A DNA stretch of 64,000 nt, taken from the NCBI GenBank assembly GCA_963666285.1, contig OY762711.1; one strand, given 5' to 3'. The position numbers were made by a program, and so were the translations under genes. The notes under the pieces are model-generated. The model did no database searches, was not told the origin of the DNA, and was given only the letters and a program-made list of their open reading frames with translations. Below, in pieces: positions 52,205-61,849 of this stretch (positions within the stretch are counted from its first letter, which is position 1; every line of letters begins with the position of its first letter). Origin of the DNA: Sedimentisphaerales bacterium (GTDB lineage: Bacteria; Planctomycetota; Phycisphaerae; Sedimentisphaerales; SM23-30).

Positions 52205-53821
52205 ATGAAATATTTTAACAATATATCTTCTGTAACATGCCGAATGGCCAATCGTATCTGGATAGCTTCTATGAGAAAAGGCTATCACCGGTTTTGCCGT
52301 TCACTTAGAAATACTCAGGAAACGCAGGAGACATACCTTGCCGGCCTGATAAAAAACAACAGCAATACCCAATACGGTATCATGCACGATTTTGGAAAGA
52401 TCAGGTCCGCCAGGGATTTTCAAAATCAACTACCACTAACAAAGTATGATGACTATCTACCGTATATTGAGCAGATCAAAAATGGTAATAACAATATTCT
52501 TACCGGCGATAACATCATATTACTAGAACCATCAAGCGGCAGCACTTCAGCCTCTAAACTCATTCCATACACAAAATCGCTTAAAGATGATTTTAACGCA
52601 GGCATTCATCCATGGATGTACAATCTCTACAGAAACAATCCCAGGCTGTTTAATGGCAAATCATTCTGGTCTATATCTCCTGCTATGCCCGGAGTGCAAA
52701 CAGATTCTAAAGTTAAAATTGGTTTCGATAATGACTCCGAATACCTGGGCACAATCGGCAGATTCTTTTACAACAGGATATCAGCGGTACCTGACGATAT
52801 CGCTTCCATACAAAACCTGGAAATCATGCGTATTAAAACACTAGCTCACTTGCTGCTTGCCGAAGATCTGGTCCTGATATCGGTCTGGAACCCTACCTAT
52901 ATGACTCTCATGCTGGGCCATTTACATACTCACAAGGTTGAAATTTTTAACGAGCTTACAAAGCTGTCAACAAAAGAAAATATCCATAGAATCCGAAAGA
53001 TTGAAACATTATTTGGAAATAAAAATTCATCTTTCCTCGATATCTGGCCGAATCTTGCCATTATAAGCTGCTGGACCGACGGTACGTGCAATCTCTACGT
53101 AGAACAACTCAAAAGCCGATTCCCCGGCATAAAAATCCAGCCTAAGGGGCTTATCGCAACCGAAGCTTTTGTCTCGCTGCCATTCATCGAAGGCTGCGAC
53201 CCTGTACTTGCGGTCAACTCGCACTTTTTTGAATTTATCGACGAAACAAACGGTGAAATCCTTCTCGCTCATCAACTTAAAACCGGTAGAACTTATTCCG
53301 TTATCATTTCCACTGCAGGAGGATTGTACCGGTACCAGCTCGAAGATATTATTGAGGTCACAGGCCATTTGGAAACTGCACCTACTTTCCGCTTTATTTC
53401 CAAAGCAAACCACATCTCCGATCAATTCGGCGAAAAACTCAACGAACACCATGTACAAACCTGCCTTAATACTATTATCCAGAAATATAAACTCAATCCA
53501 GAGTTTTATATGCTGGCACCACATCATGATGAATATAAAAGAACCTTCTATTGTTTATATTTGCAGGATAATAATTATAATACAGATCATAACAAAAAAA
53601 TGATTAACAGTCTTGATATACTCCTCAGGGAGAATTTTCATTATGACTATTGCCGAAGACTTAACCAACTTCAGAGTCCGGAATTATTTATTATCCCGTC
53701 AAACGCAGTTAATATATATCAAAAAGAAATGCTCAATCGTAACATCCGTTGCGGCAACATAAAACCAACCTGTCTCGATAAAACCGCTAATTGGCATCAC
53801 GTTTTCAACAAATCAGAATAG
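52205..53821 (+). CDS. GH3-family (acyl acid-amido synthetase-like) adenylating enzyme
   Basis: T.YG, PLTKYDDY.PYIE, SSGSTS..KLIP, HFFEFI, GGLYRY.L.D and GEKL. Confidence 0.85.
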   Translation: MKYFNNISSVTCRMANRIWIASMRKGYHRFCRSLRNTQETQETYLAGLIKNNSNTQYGIMHDFGKIRSARDFQNQLPLTKYDDYLPYIEQIKNGNNNILTGDNIILLEPSSGSTSASKLIPYTKSLKDDFNAGIHPWMYNLYRNNPRLFNGKSFWSISPAMPGVQTDSKVKIGFDNDSEYLGTIGRFFYNRISAVPDDIASIQNLEIMRIKTLAHLLLAEDLVLISVWNPTYMTLMLGHLHTHKVEIFNELTKLSTKENIHRIRKIETLFGNKNSSFLDIWPNLAIISCWTDGTCNLYVEQLKSRFPGIKIQPKGLIATEAFVSLPFIEGCDPVLAVNSHFFEFIDETNGEILLAHQLKTGRTYSVIISTAGGLYRYQLEDIIEVTGHLETAPTFRFISKANHISDQFGEKLNEHHVQTCLNTIIQKYKLNPEFYMLAPHHDEYKRTFYCLYLQDNNYNTDHNKKMINSLDILLRENFHYDYCRRLNQLQSPELFIIPSNAVNIYQKEMLNRNIRCGNIKPTCLDKTANWHHVFNKSE

Positions 53822-54073
53822 ATTTCTTGCCCCCGCCATGCAAATACTATAAAGATGCAATAATATTAGCTAACCATACAACACATCACAACACCCTTAA
53901 TTACAATAGGTTATAAATCTCCAAAACCGTCTCCCTATAATCACAGTAGAAAAAAGTAAAAAAACTTAATTTTTCATGCCACCAATCTTGAATAGCACCC
54001 ACTAACATATTGAAAGCCAACAGTAACAGCTTAACCCTCGATAATAAAACTGTTGAACTGTAATATAAAAAGT

Positions 54074-55415
54074 GGTTCACATCCCAAAAAGTTGGTAAAT
54101 TGACAAATAAATAAAGGACATTACACTTTCTTTTTTGATAAATTTTCACCACAAAAATTATTAGAAAAGGAAAAGTCCAATGTCCAGCCTTAGTATATCA
54201 AATTACTTTCCATTTATGCGAGTAAAAATTACAGAACAATCAGTTTATAGTGAAGAATCACCTTCTTCGATCATAAAGCTTTCTCCTGACAAGAGATATA
54301 AGCCATTGTGCCATGAGTGTGGTTCAGAAGCAGCTACAGTTCATTCTAATAATCACCTTAGGATGTTACGTGACTTAAATATAGCTGATTCCCAAACTTG
54401 GCTTCAGGTTAATTACCGTAAAATATGGTGTGATCATTGCGGCGGTGTCAGGGTAGAACAGCTAAGCTTTGCAGATGCATCAAAGCGAGTTACCCGGCGG
54501 CTGGCTCAGTATATATATGATTTATGTAAGATAATGACAGTCCAGGATGTTGCAGATCATTTGGACTTAAATCCTAAAACTGTCAAGAGCATTGATAAAA
54601 CCTTTCTAGAAAAGGAATATGGTGTCACTGATTGTGATAATTTGCGAATATTAGCTATTGATGAAATAGCAACTCGCAAAGGTCACAATTACATGACCGT
54701 CGTAATGGATTATATGACAGGCAGGGTTATCTGGATGGGTGAAAACCGTAATAAGGAAACCCTTGATGCCTTTTTTGCAGAGATGACCGATGAACAGAAG
54801 AATGCCATTGAAGCTGTTGCAATAGATATGTGGGATCCATTTATCAATCGAGTTAAGCACCATATTCCCGATGCCAAAATAGTATTTGACTTTTTCCATG
54901 TGGTACAAGCATTTGGACGGGTAATTGATGAGGTTCGCAGGCAGGAATACGCAAAAGCCACAGATCAGGAAAAAGAAATACTCAAAGGCAGTAAATATCT
55001 GTTACTAAAGAACGAAGAAAACCTCAAGGATAGTCAAAAAGAGCATTTAGAGAAAGTCTTGGAGCTTAACTCAACGCTGAGTACTCTCTATATTCTAAAA
55101 GATTATCTAAAACTTGTGTATTTTTATAGCGACCGTGATATTGTCAAGGAAACATTAGACCAATGGTGCCAAATGGCAGAAACACTGGATAACGCAACAG
55201 TTAATGCCTTTGTAAGAAAGCTAAGGAATCACGAATACGGTATACTTGAGCATGCTGACTACCCTATAGGAACAAGTATTCTTGAAGGAGTTAACAATAA
55301 AATCAAGGTCATAAAGCGGAAAGCCTATGGCTTCCATGATATGGATTACTTTACGTTAAAAGTGAAACAGGCGTTTGCCGCCTGAAATATTTACCAACTT
55401 TTTGGGATGAGAACC
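54074..55415 (+). mobile_element. ISL3-family insertion sequence, intact
   Basis: 27-bp terminal IRs with 1 mismatch (54074-54100, 55389-55415); 8-bp target duplication TAAAAAGT (54066-54073, 55416-55423). Confidence 0.95.
54180..55385 (+). CDS. ISL3 transposase
   Basis: Zinc finger CHEC/CDHC, AIDE, IDMW, FDFFH and EGVNNKIKVIKRKAYGF. Confidence 0.95.
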   Translation: MSSLSISNYFPFMRVKITEQSVYSEESPSSIIKLSPDKRYKPLCHECGSEAATVHSNNHLRMLRDLNIADSQTWLQVNYRKIWCDHCGGVRVEQLSFADASKRVTRRLAQYIYDLCKIMTVQDVADHLDLNPKTVKSIDKTFLEKEYGVTDCDNLRILAIDEIATRKGHNYMTVVMDYMTGRVIWMGENRNKETLDAFFAEMTDEQKNAIEAVAIDMWDPFINRVKHHIPDAKIVFDFFHVVQAFGRVIDEVRRQEYAKATDQEKEILKGSKYLLLKNEENLKDSQKEHLEKVLELNSTLSTLYILKDYLKLVYFYSDRDIVKETLDQWCQMAETLDNATVNAFVRKLRNHEYGILEHADYPIGTSILEGVNNKIKVIKRKAYGFHDMDYFTLKVKQAFAA

Positions 55416-55465
55416 TAAAAAGTATTATTTACGGCAACTTCGATATAAAACGATAAAATGTCGAG

Positions 55466-55494
55466 TTGACCTTTTATATAAATGGCAATAGAAT
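55466..55494 (+). promoter_or_regulatory. sigma70-type promoter predicting a leaderless ECF sigma mRNA
   Basis: TTGACC-N17-TAGAAT; GTG start 7 nt after the -10; no SD. Confidence 0.6.
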
Positions 55495-55500
55495 AAATAC

Positions 55501-56064
55501 GTGAATAATGAAGATTGGAACGACATTAAAACCTGCCTTACGGGTAACACAGACGCTTACAAGCATCTTGTGGAGCGGTACGAGGAACCTGTCACCAGGC
55601 TTATGTGGCGTTTTTCCTCAGACAGGAATATTTGCGAAATGCTCGTCCAGGATGTCTTCATTGAAGCTTACTATAGTTTAAAAACATATAAAGGCAATGC
55701 CCCGTTTCTACATTGGCTAAAAAAAATTGGAACAAGAACAGGATACAGATTCTGGAAGCAGCGTGAAAAAGAAAATCGTTTTCTGCCAATTCAGGATTTT
55801 GATTTTATAGAAAATGTCGAAGTTGACTCTATCGATCATGATCAGGCAGCTGAAATCTTAAACGCCCTGCTCAGCCGATTACCTGCAGATGACAGACTCG
55901 TACTTACCTTAATGTATTTTGAAAACTGCAGCATAAAAGAAATATCAAAACAAACCGGTTGGTCTGAATCTGCTGTAAAATCCAGGGCAATGCGGGCCAG
56001 AAATAAGATTAAAGCTATCGCCGAAAAAGAAAACATCTTGGAGAAATTAGGATGGACACTTTAG
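55501..56064 (+). CDS. ECF RNA polymerase sigma factor
   Basis: LVQDVFI.AY..L..Y, F.HWL and region 4 SIKEIS...G.SESAVKSR..RAR. Confidence 0.9.
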   Translation: MNNEDWNDIKTCLTGNTDAYKHLVERYEEPVTRLMWRFSSDRNICEMLVQDVFIEAYYSLKTYKGNAPFLHWLKKIGTRTGYRFWKQREKENRFLPIQDFDFIENVEVDSIDHDQAAEILNALLSRLPADDRLVLTLMYFENCSIKEISKQTGWSESAVKSRAMRARNKIKAIAEKENILEKLGWTL

Positions 56065-56312
56065 AAGGAATTAAAATACTTGCCGACAAATCACAAAACC
56101 AGAAGCTGCCGTTATTTGGTATCTCCGAAAATGTCATAGCCCAGTTGAACGACGAACCAGCTCCTGTCAGCTTTGCCGCTTTCGACATTTCAGCCGGATT
56201 GTTTGCAGCAGCGGCATTTGTACTTATGTATATAGGTATCAATTCCTGGCTTAACTATATAGACCCAATTTCCCATTTCTTCTCACCTCTACAGGAGGCT
56301 AGATTATGGTAG
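56052..56312 (+). CDS. small single-TM protein, putative anti-sigma factor
   Basis: Overlaps the sigma gene end; one TM helix. Confidence 0.6.
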   Translation: MDTLEGIKILADKSQNQKLPLFGISENVIAQLNDEPAPVSFAAFDISAGLFAAAAFVLMYIGINSWLNYIDPISHFFSPLQEARLW

Positions 56313-56719
56313 AAAATACCGGCAAACAAATTATACGCAGACGTAATACTACACAAATTATTGCCGCTCTGGTCATTTTCGCTTCAGGGATAATTGTAGG
56401 CTCTGGCGCTACTATTTACACCCTGAAAGCTAAAGGCATACTCAGACCTATGACTCCCCCTTCTGCCGCTGAGATTGCTGACAGAATCGGTAAGGACCAC
56501 AAACTTACAAAAGAACAAATTCTGGAAGTAGAAAAAATATTTGAAGATGCCGGGAACTATTTAGAAGAAATTCGCACTGATTTTGATAATAAGATTGAAG
56601 CAAAAAAAGATATTATCATCAAAGAAATGCAAGCCGTTCTGCCACCGGATAAATTTGAAGAATGGCAGGAACATTTTAATTCCCACCACAACAAACGGCA
56701 CCCGGCACCAATGCCATAA
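56306..56719 (+). CDS. membrane-anchored helical periplasmic protein (Spy/CpxP/heavy-metal-sensor-like)
   Basis: N-terminal TM helix, LTKEQ and VLPPDK motifs, His-rich tail. Confidence 0.6.
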   Translation: MVENTGKQIIRRRNTTQIIAALVIFASGIIVGSGATIYTLKAKGILRPMTPPSAAEIADRIGKDHKLTKEQILEVEKIFEDAGNYLEEIRTDFDNKIEAKKDIIIKEMQAVLPPDKFEEWQEHFNSHHNKRHPAPMP

Positions 56720-56914
56720 CCGCACGGTTTACATGCCTGCAAATACTACAGCCATAAATTAGTTTACTAATTAACCCTCCACGAAAGTCAGCCCATACTT
56801 AATATGAAGTGTTAGGCTCTGCGTCTACACAAAAATCAATACACACCAAGGACTACAAATGAACCAGAATTATTTAAAATTCCATTTATGTGCCGGTAAC
56901 AAGGAGAATATAAA

Positions 56915-58360
56915 ATGAAGTATATTCTTATGTCTCTGTTAACTGCAATATTCTTACCTGTTATCGGTTGTACTGTCGGGCCTGATTACACTTCACCCGC
57001 TCCGGATACAACTGATTCCTGGCATACCAGGCTGGATAAAGGACTGTCTGCTGAACAGGCTGATCCAAACTCTCTGTCTGACTGGTGGAATAATTTCAAT
57101 GACGACATACTTACCTCACTAATCGAAAGAGCCATTAATCAGAACCTGGATATAAAAGACGCTCTTGCCAGGCTCAAACAGGCTCGGATTGCTCGCGGAT
57201 TGGCTGAAACTGATAAGTTCCCTACCCTGGACTTATCCGCCAGTGCAAACTGGAGCCGCAATGGCACCAGCCCCACAACTGAATTGTATTCTACTGCATT
57301 TGATGCTGGCTGGGAAATCGATATATTTGGTGGTATTAATCGTTCAATTGAAGCTGCAACCGCAGAACTGGAAGCTTCCAGTGAAAACCTGAATGATGTT
57401 CTTGTTAGTCTATCGTCTGAAATTGCCATCAGTTATGTCGAACTAAGAATATACCAGACACAGCTCGGCATAATTGAACAAAATTTAGAATCACAGACTG
57501 AAACTTATCAGTTGGTTCAATGGGAATATGAAGCTGGTTTAAGTGATGAACTCGCTGGCCAACAGGCCCGGTACAACCTCGAAAGCACTCGATCCGAAAT
57601 CCCCGGAACTAAAACATCAATCAATGAAGCCATGAATCGTATCGCCGTTCTTCTGGGCGAAAAACCCGGCAGTATACATAATGAACTGGAAAAACCTTTG
57701 CCGGTTCCCGTGGCATCTCCGGAAATTGCTATTGGCGTTCCCGCAGATATATTGCGACGAAGACCTGATATACGTATGGCTGAACGTGAACTGGCCGCAC
57801 AAACCGCTCAGGTTGGTGTTGCAACCGCCGACCTGTACCCCAAACTGAGTCTGCATGGTTCAATTGGCATACAGGCTTCTAATCTAAGCAGACTTTCCAG
57901 CAACATCACCACAACAGACAGCTGGGTTCTAAGCGGTGGCCCTCAAATCAGCTGGGCAATTTTTGACGCTGGGGCTATACGAAAAAATATAGAAATCCAG
58001 TCGACTCTTCAGGAGCAGGCTCTAATTAACTATGAAAACACTGTTCTGCTTGCCCTGGAAGAAATCGAAAATGCTTTAACAGCATATATAAATGAGCAAA
58101 ACAGGATTGTTAATTTGAAAAAAGCTGCCGAAGCAGCTGAAAAAGCTGACGTACTGGCAAAATATAACTACAGTGCCGGCCTTTCAGATTTTAACGATGT
58201 ATTGGAATCGCAGCGGTCACTTCTGTCTTTCCAGAACCAGGTTGCTCAAAGTAACGGTACAATTACTTCTAATCTTATTCGCCTGTACAAAGCATTAGGG
58301 GGCGGATGGAATTCATCAACTGCCGAAAAAAGAATCGCTAGATATTATCAGGAGAAATAA
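56915..58360 (+). CDS. outer-membrane efflux lipoprotein, NodT/TolC family
   Basis: Lipobox IGC-TVGPDY, WEIDIFG, RRPDIR.AE and LYKALGGGW. Confidence 0.93.
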   Translation: MKYILMSLLTAIFLPVIGCTVGPDYTSPAPDTTDSWHTRLDKGLSAEQADPNSLSDWWNNFNDDILTSLIERAINQNLDIKDALARLKQARIARGLAETDKFPTLDLSASANWSRNGTSPTTELYSTAFDAGWEIDIFGGINRSIEAATAELEASSENLNDVLVSLSSEIAISYVELRIYQTQLGIIEQNLESQTETYQLVQWEYEAGLSDELAGQQARYNLESTRSEIPGTKTSINEAMNRIAVLLGEKPGSIHNELEKPLPVPVASPEIAIGVPADILRRRPDIRMAERELAAQTAQVGVATADLYPKLSLHGSIGIQASNLSRLSSNITTTDSWVLSGGPQISWAIFDAGAIRKNIEIQSTLQEQALINYENTVLLALEEIENALTAYINEQNRIVNLKKAAEAAEKADVLAKYNYSAGLSDFNDVLESQRSLLSFQNQVAQSNGTITSNLIRLYKALGGGWNSSTAEKRIARYYQEK

Positions 58361-59646
58361 TGAAAACAAATAATAAACAAAAAGTAGATATTGAACAAAT
58401 TATCAATAATAAGCAATCTTCAACATCCAAAAGATGGTTTAAACGATTGATTATTGTTCTTATTCTTTTAGCTATCGTAACTGCTGTTGCCTTTAATAAG
58501 AAAGGTTCTGCATCTTCCGACATGCAATTCAAAACTGAAAAGATAAATAAAGGAGACCTGACCATACTCGTTACTGCTACCGGCTCTCTGGAACCTACAA
58601 ATGAAGTGGAAGTAGGCAGCGAAATCTCTGGTCGAATAGAAAGTGTAGAAGTTGATTTCAACGACAAGGTTACCATCGGCCAGGTACTAGCCAGGATAGA
58701 TACTACCAAACTTAAGGCTCAGGTCACTCAATCAAAAGCTTCACTTGAAGCTGCCAAAGCCACTGTACTGCAAGCTCAGGCCACACTTCAGGAAGCAGAA
58801 AGCAAACTCAAACAATACGAAAAAGTCCGCAAACTAAGTGAAAACAAAGTGCCTTCCCAAACTGAATTTGATTCTGCTAAAGCTGCGTATGCACGGGCAA
58901 ATGCCGATGTTGCCAGTGCGAAAGCAACCGTAGCCCAGGCAGAAGCTACCCTCCAAGCCAACGAAACCGACTTTTCAAAAGCTGTAATAAAATCTCCTAT
59001 TAATGGCGTTGTACTAACCAGGGAAATAGAAACTGGCCAGACTGTTGCCGCATCATTTGAAACACCTGTCCTTTTTACTCTTGCCGAAGACCTGACTCAA
59101 ATGGAACTACACGTCGATGTGGACGAAGCTGATATCGGCCAGGTCAAAGATGGGCAACTGGCAACATTTACTGTCGATGCCTACCCTGACCGCACTTTTA
59201 ACGCTGCAATTAAACAGATACGATATGGCGGAGAAACCGTTGACGGTGTTGTAACTTACGAAACTGTACTTAAAGTAGACAATAGCGAGCAGCTTCTCAG
59301 ACCCGGAATGACAGCTACCGCCGATATTATTGTTTTGCAGATAGAGAAAACTTTACTTATTTCCAATGCCGCACTGAGATTTGAAATGCCCGAGAACACC
59401 GGCAAATCAAATGGCGGCGGTATAATGGACAGTTTACTGCCTCACCCGCCAAGGAGAGAAACCGAACAAAAGCAAAGTGCAATAAAACGTAACAGCCAAC
59501 ACAAGATCTGGCTACTGAAAGATAATCATCCTGAACCAGTAACTATTACAGTTGGTGAAACGAATGGAGTTTTGACTCAAATTGTTGAGGGGGCGGTAAA
59601 AGAAAATTCCGAGCTAATAGTTGATACATTCAGCGGAGTAAAATAA
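58360..59646 (+). CDS. efflux periplasmic adaptor (MacA-like)
   Basis: ATGSLEP..VEVGSEISG, IKSPINGVV, VDEADIG and LRPGMTA. Confidence 0.93.
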   Translation: MKTNNKQKVDIEQIINNKQSSTSKRWFKRLIIVLILLAIVTAVAFNKKGSASSDMQFKTEKINKGDLTILVTATGSLEPTNEVEVGSEISGRIESVEVDFNDKVTIGQVLARIDTTKLKAQVTQSKASLEAAKATVLQAQATLQEAESKLKQYEKVRKLSENKVPSQTEFDSAKAAYARANADVASAKATVAQAEATLQANETDFSKAVIKSPINGVVLTREIETGQTVAASFETPVLFTLAEDLTQMELHVDVDEADIGQVKDGQLATFTVDAYPDRTFNAAIKQIRYGGETVDGVVTYETVLKVDNSEQLLRPGMTATADIIVLQIEKTLLISNAALRFEMPENTGKSNGGGIMDSLLPHPPRRETEQKQSAIKRNSQHKIWLLKDNHPEPVTITVGETNGVLTQIVEGAVKENSELIVDTFSGVK

Positions 59647-59834
59647 TGCAATGCGGATATAAAAATACGCCCGTAATAGAAATAATGCAATGCGGATATA
59701 AAAATACGCCCGAAATATAAATAATGCAATGCGGATATAAAAATACGCCCGTAATAGAAATGATGCAAGACGAACACAAAAATACGCCCGTAATAGAAAT
59801 AATGCAATGCGAACACAAAATACACCCGTAATAG
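59641..59834 (+). repeat. tandem array of five units (4 x 39 bp + 1 x 38 bp) built from the adaptor-stop/ATPase-start junction
   Basis: Unit AAATAATGCAATGCGGATATAAAAATACGCCCGTAATAG begins at 59641, 59680, 59719, 59758 and 59797. Confidence 0.95.
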
Positions 59835-60517
59835 AACTGAATAAGATCAAAAAGATCTACGGAACCGGTCAGGCCGCCGTACATGCTCTGAGAGGTATTG
59901 ACTTACGGATAGAAAGAGGAGATTTTGTCTCCATTATGGGCCCAAGCGGCTCAGGAAAATCCACCTGCCTGAATATTCTCGGATGTCTTGATACCCCAAC
60001 TGACGGACACTATCTTTTTGAAGGTGCACGAATTGACGGTTTCAGCAGAAATCAGCTGGCTATGCTAAGAAGACATTTTCTCGGATTTGTCTTTCAGGGT
60101 TTTAACCTGCTCAGCAGGACCTCGGCATTGGAAAATGTGGAACTACCACTGATATACCGAGGGGTACCCGTTAAAGAGAGAAAGACCAAAGCAGCGCAAG
60201 CACTTGATGCCGTAGGACTTAAAGGCTGGGAAACACACACTCCCGCCGAACTGTCCGGCGGTCAGCAGCAGCGAGTAGCTATCGCGAGGGCTATTGTAAC
60301 CCAACCGGATGTACTTATGGCTGACGAACCAACCGGAAACCTTGACACAGTACGCAGTCATGAAACCATGGAACTGCTGGTCGAACTCAATACCCAACAT
60401 GGTATTACCATTGTGATGGTAACCCATGAACCGGAAATGACAGCTTACACGAAACGTACAATCCATTTTCGTGACGGCCATATCGAATCAGATAAAACAA
60501 ACGGAGATAGAATATAA
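59807..60517 (+). CDS. ABC transporter ATP-binding protein (MacB/LolD-like)
   Basis: GPSGSGKST, LSGGQQQRVAIAR, ADEPTGNLD and VTHE. Confidence 0.93.
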   Translation: MRTQNTPVIELNKIKKIYGTGQAAVHALRGIDLRIERGDFVSIMGPSGSGKSTCLNILGCLDTPTDGHYLFEGARIDGFSRNQLAMLRRHFLGFVFQGFNLLSRTSALENVELPLIYRGVPVKERKTKAAQALDAVGLKGWETHTPAELSGGQQQRVAIARAIVTQPDVLMADEPTGNLDTVRSHETMELLVELNTQHGITIVMVTHEPEMTAYTKRTIHFRDGHIESDKTNGDRI

Positions 60518-61722
60518 TGTTGTGGGACACTCTAATTCTGGCAATTCGCGAAATAAAAAGACACGTTTTACGGTCTTTATTAACTATGCTAGGTATTGTT
60601 ATTGGGGTGGCCTCGGTGATTACAATGGTAACTCTTGGTAACGGCGCTACCGTTCAGGTCACAGACCAGATCGCTAGCCTCGGCAGCAATCTTCTAATGG
60701 TTCGACCAGGCATGAGACTCGGGCCTGGTCGCGACTCTACCGCTGCCCCCTTCAAACTGGCCGATGCTGAAGCGATTGCAAGAGATATACCATCGATAGC
60801 CGCGGTCGCCCCTTCTGCCGGCTCCGGAGCAACAGCAATTTACGGTAATGAAAACTGGTCAACGACCATAACCGGAACCACCAATGAATATTTCAAGGTC
60901 AGAAACTGGGATATTGACACAGGCAGAGAATTCAACGACTCAGAGATTAAAGCCGGCGGAGCGGTATGTATTATAGGAGATACTATCAGAAGAGAACTCT
61001 TTGACCAGGTAGACCCGATCGGTAAACGCTTGAGACTAGGAGCGTTATCGTTCCAGGTAATCGGTATATTAGAATCAAAAGGCCAGAGTACAATGGGTAC
61101 CGACCAGGATGATATAGTGATAATTCCTTTGCGGGCGCTGCAGCGGCGAATAGCTGGAAATCGAGATATCAGCTTGATCCAGGTATCGGTTGAGGACGGT
61201 GCTTCTACAGAAAACGTCAAACAAAAGATCCAGGAGCTCTTTAGGGAGCGACGTCATATCGCCGCCAACGAAGACGATAACTTTGACGTTATGGACATGA
61301 AAGAGATCGCCAATATGCTAACTGGTACCACCCAGGTGCTGACGGCGCTGCTAAGTGCGGTTGCCGCGGTAAGTTTAATAGTAGGCGGAATAGGAATAAT
61401 GAATATTATGCTGGTTTCAGTAACCGAACGAACGCGTGAAATCGGTATCCGGCTGGCAATCGGAGCTCTTGAAAAAGAAGTACTTACGCAATTCCTGGTA
61501 GAAGCGGTAGTTTTATCCTCATCTGGCGGAGTAATAGGGATATTGTTGGGTCTGTCAGCATGCTGGGGTTTGAAGGATATCCTGCAGGTACCGTTTATTT
61601 TTAACCCTGGAATTGTTGTACTGGCGTTTCTGTTTTCAGCGGCAGTAGGCGTAATCTTCGGCTATTTTCCAGCGTTAAAAGCGGCCAGTCTCGACCCGAT
61701 AGATGCTTTACGACATGAATAA
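60517..61722 (+). CDS. ABC transporter permease (MacB/FtsX-like)
   Basis: RSLLTMLGIVIGV, GGIGIMNIMLVSVTERTREIGIR and LDPIDALRHE. Confidence 0.94.
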   Translation: MLWDTLILAIREIKRHVLRSLLTMLGIVIGVASVITMVTLGNGATVQVTDQIASLGSNLLMVRPGMRLGPGRDSTAAPFKLADAEAIARDIPSIAAVAPSAGSGATAIYGNENWSTTITGTTNEYFKVRNWDIDTGREFNDSEIKAGGAVCIIGDTIRRELFDQVDPIGKRLRLGALSFQVIGILESKGQSTMGTDQDDIVIIPLRALQRRIAGNRDISLIQVSVEDGASTENVKQKIQELFRERRHIAANEDDNFDVMDMKEIANMLTGTTQVLTALLSAVAAVSLIVGGIGIMNIMLVSVTERTREIGIRLAIGALEKEVLTQFLVEAVVLSSSGGVIGILLGLSACWGLKDILQVPFIFNPGIVVLAFLFSAAVGVIFGYFPALKAASLDPIDALRHE

Positions 61723-61764
61723 GACACACTTTCTCATTTTCCAAATCTTCCATATTATTTAGAT

Positions 61765-61796
61765 CAGGGCGCAGCCAGATATAATGGCTGTGCCCT
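61765..61796. terminator. hairpin between convergent genes, likely bidirectional terminator
   Basis: AGGGCGCAGCCA / TGGCTGTGCCCT inverted repeat. Confidence 0.65.
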
Positions 61797-61849
61797 AATC
61801 TTTAATTGCCTGTAAACCGCTAACCATTGGCTAATAAAAGCTTTATAGT

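Noticed and set aside
47299..54073. RiPP precursor peptide for the B12 radical SAM pair
   Set aside because: No short co-directional ORF with an RBS is evident before or after the operon
59641..59834. CRISPR array
   Set aside because: Units are contiguous with no unique spacers, derive from the gene junction, and no cas genes are present
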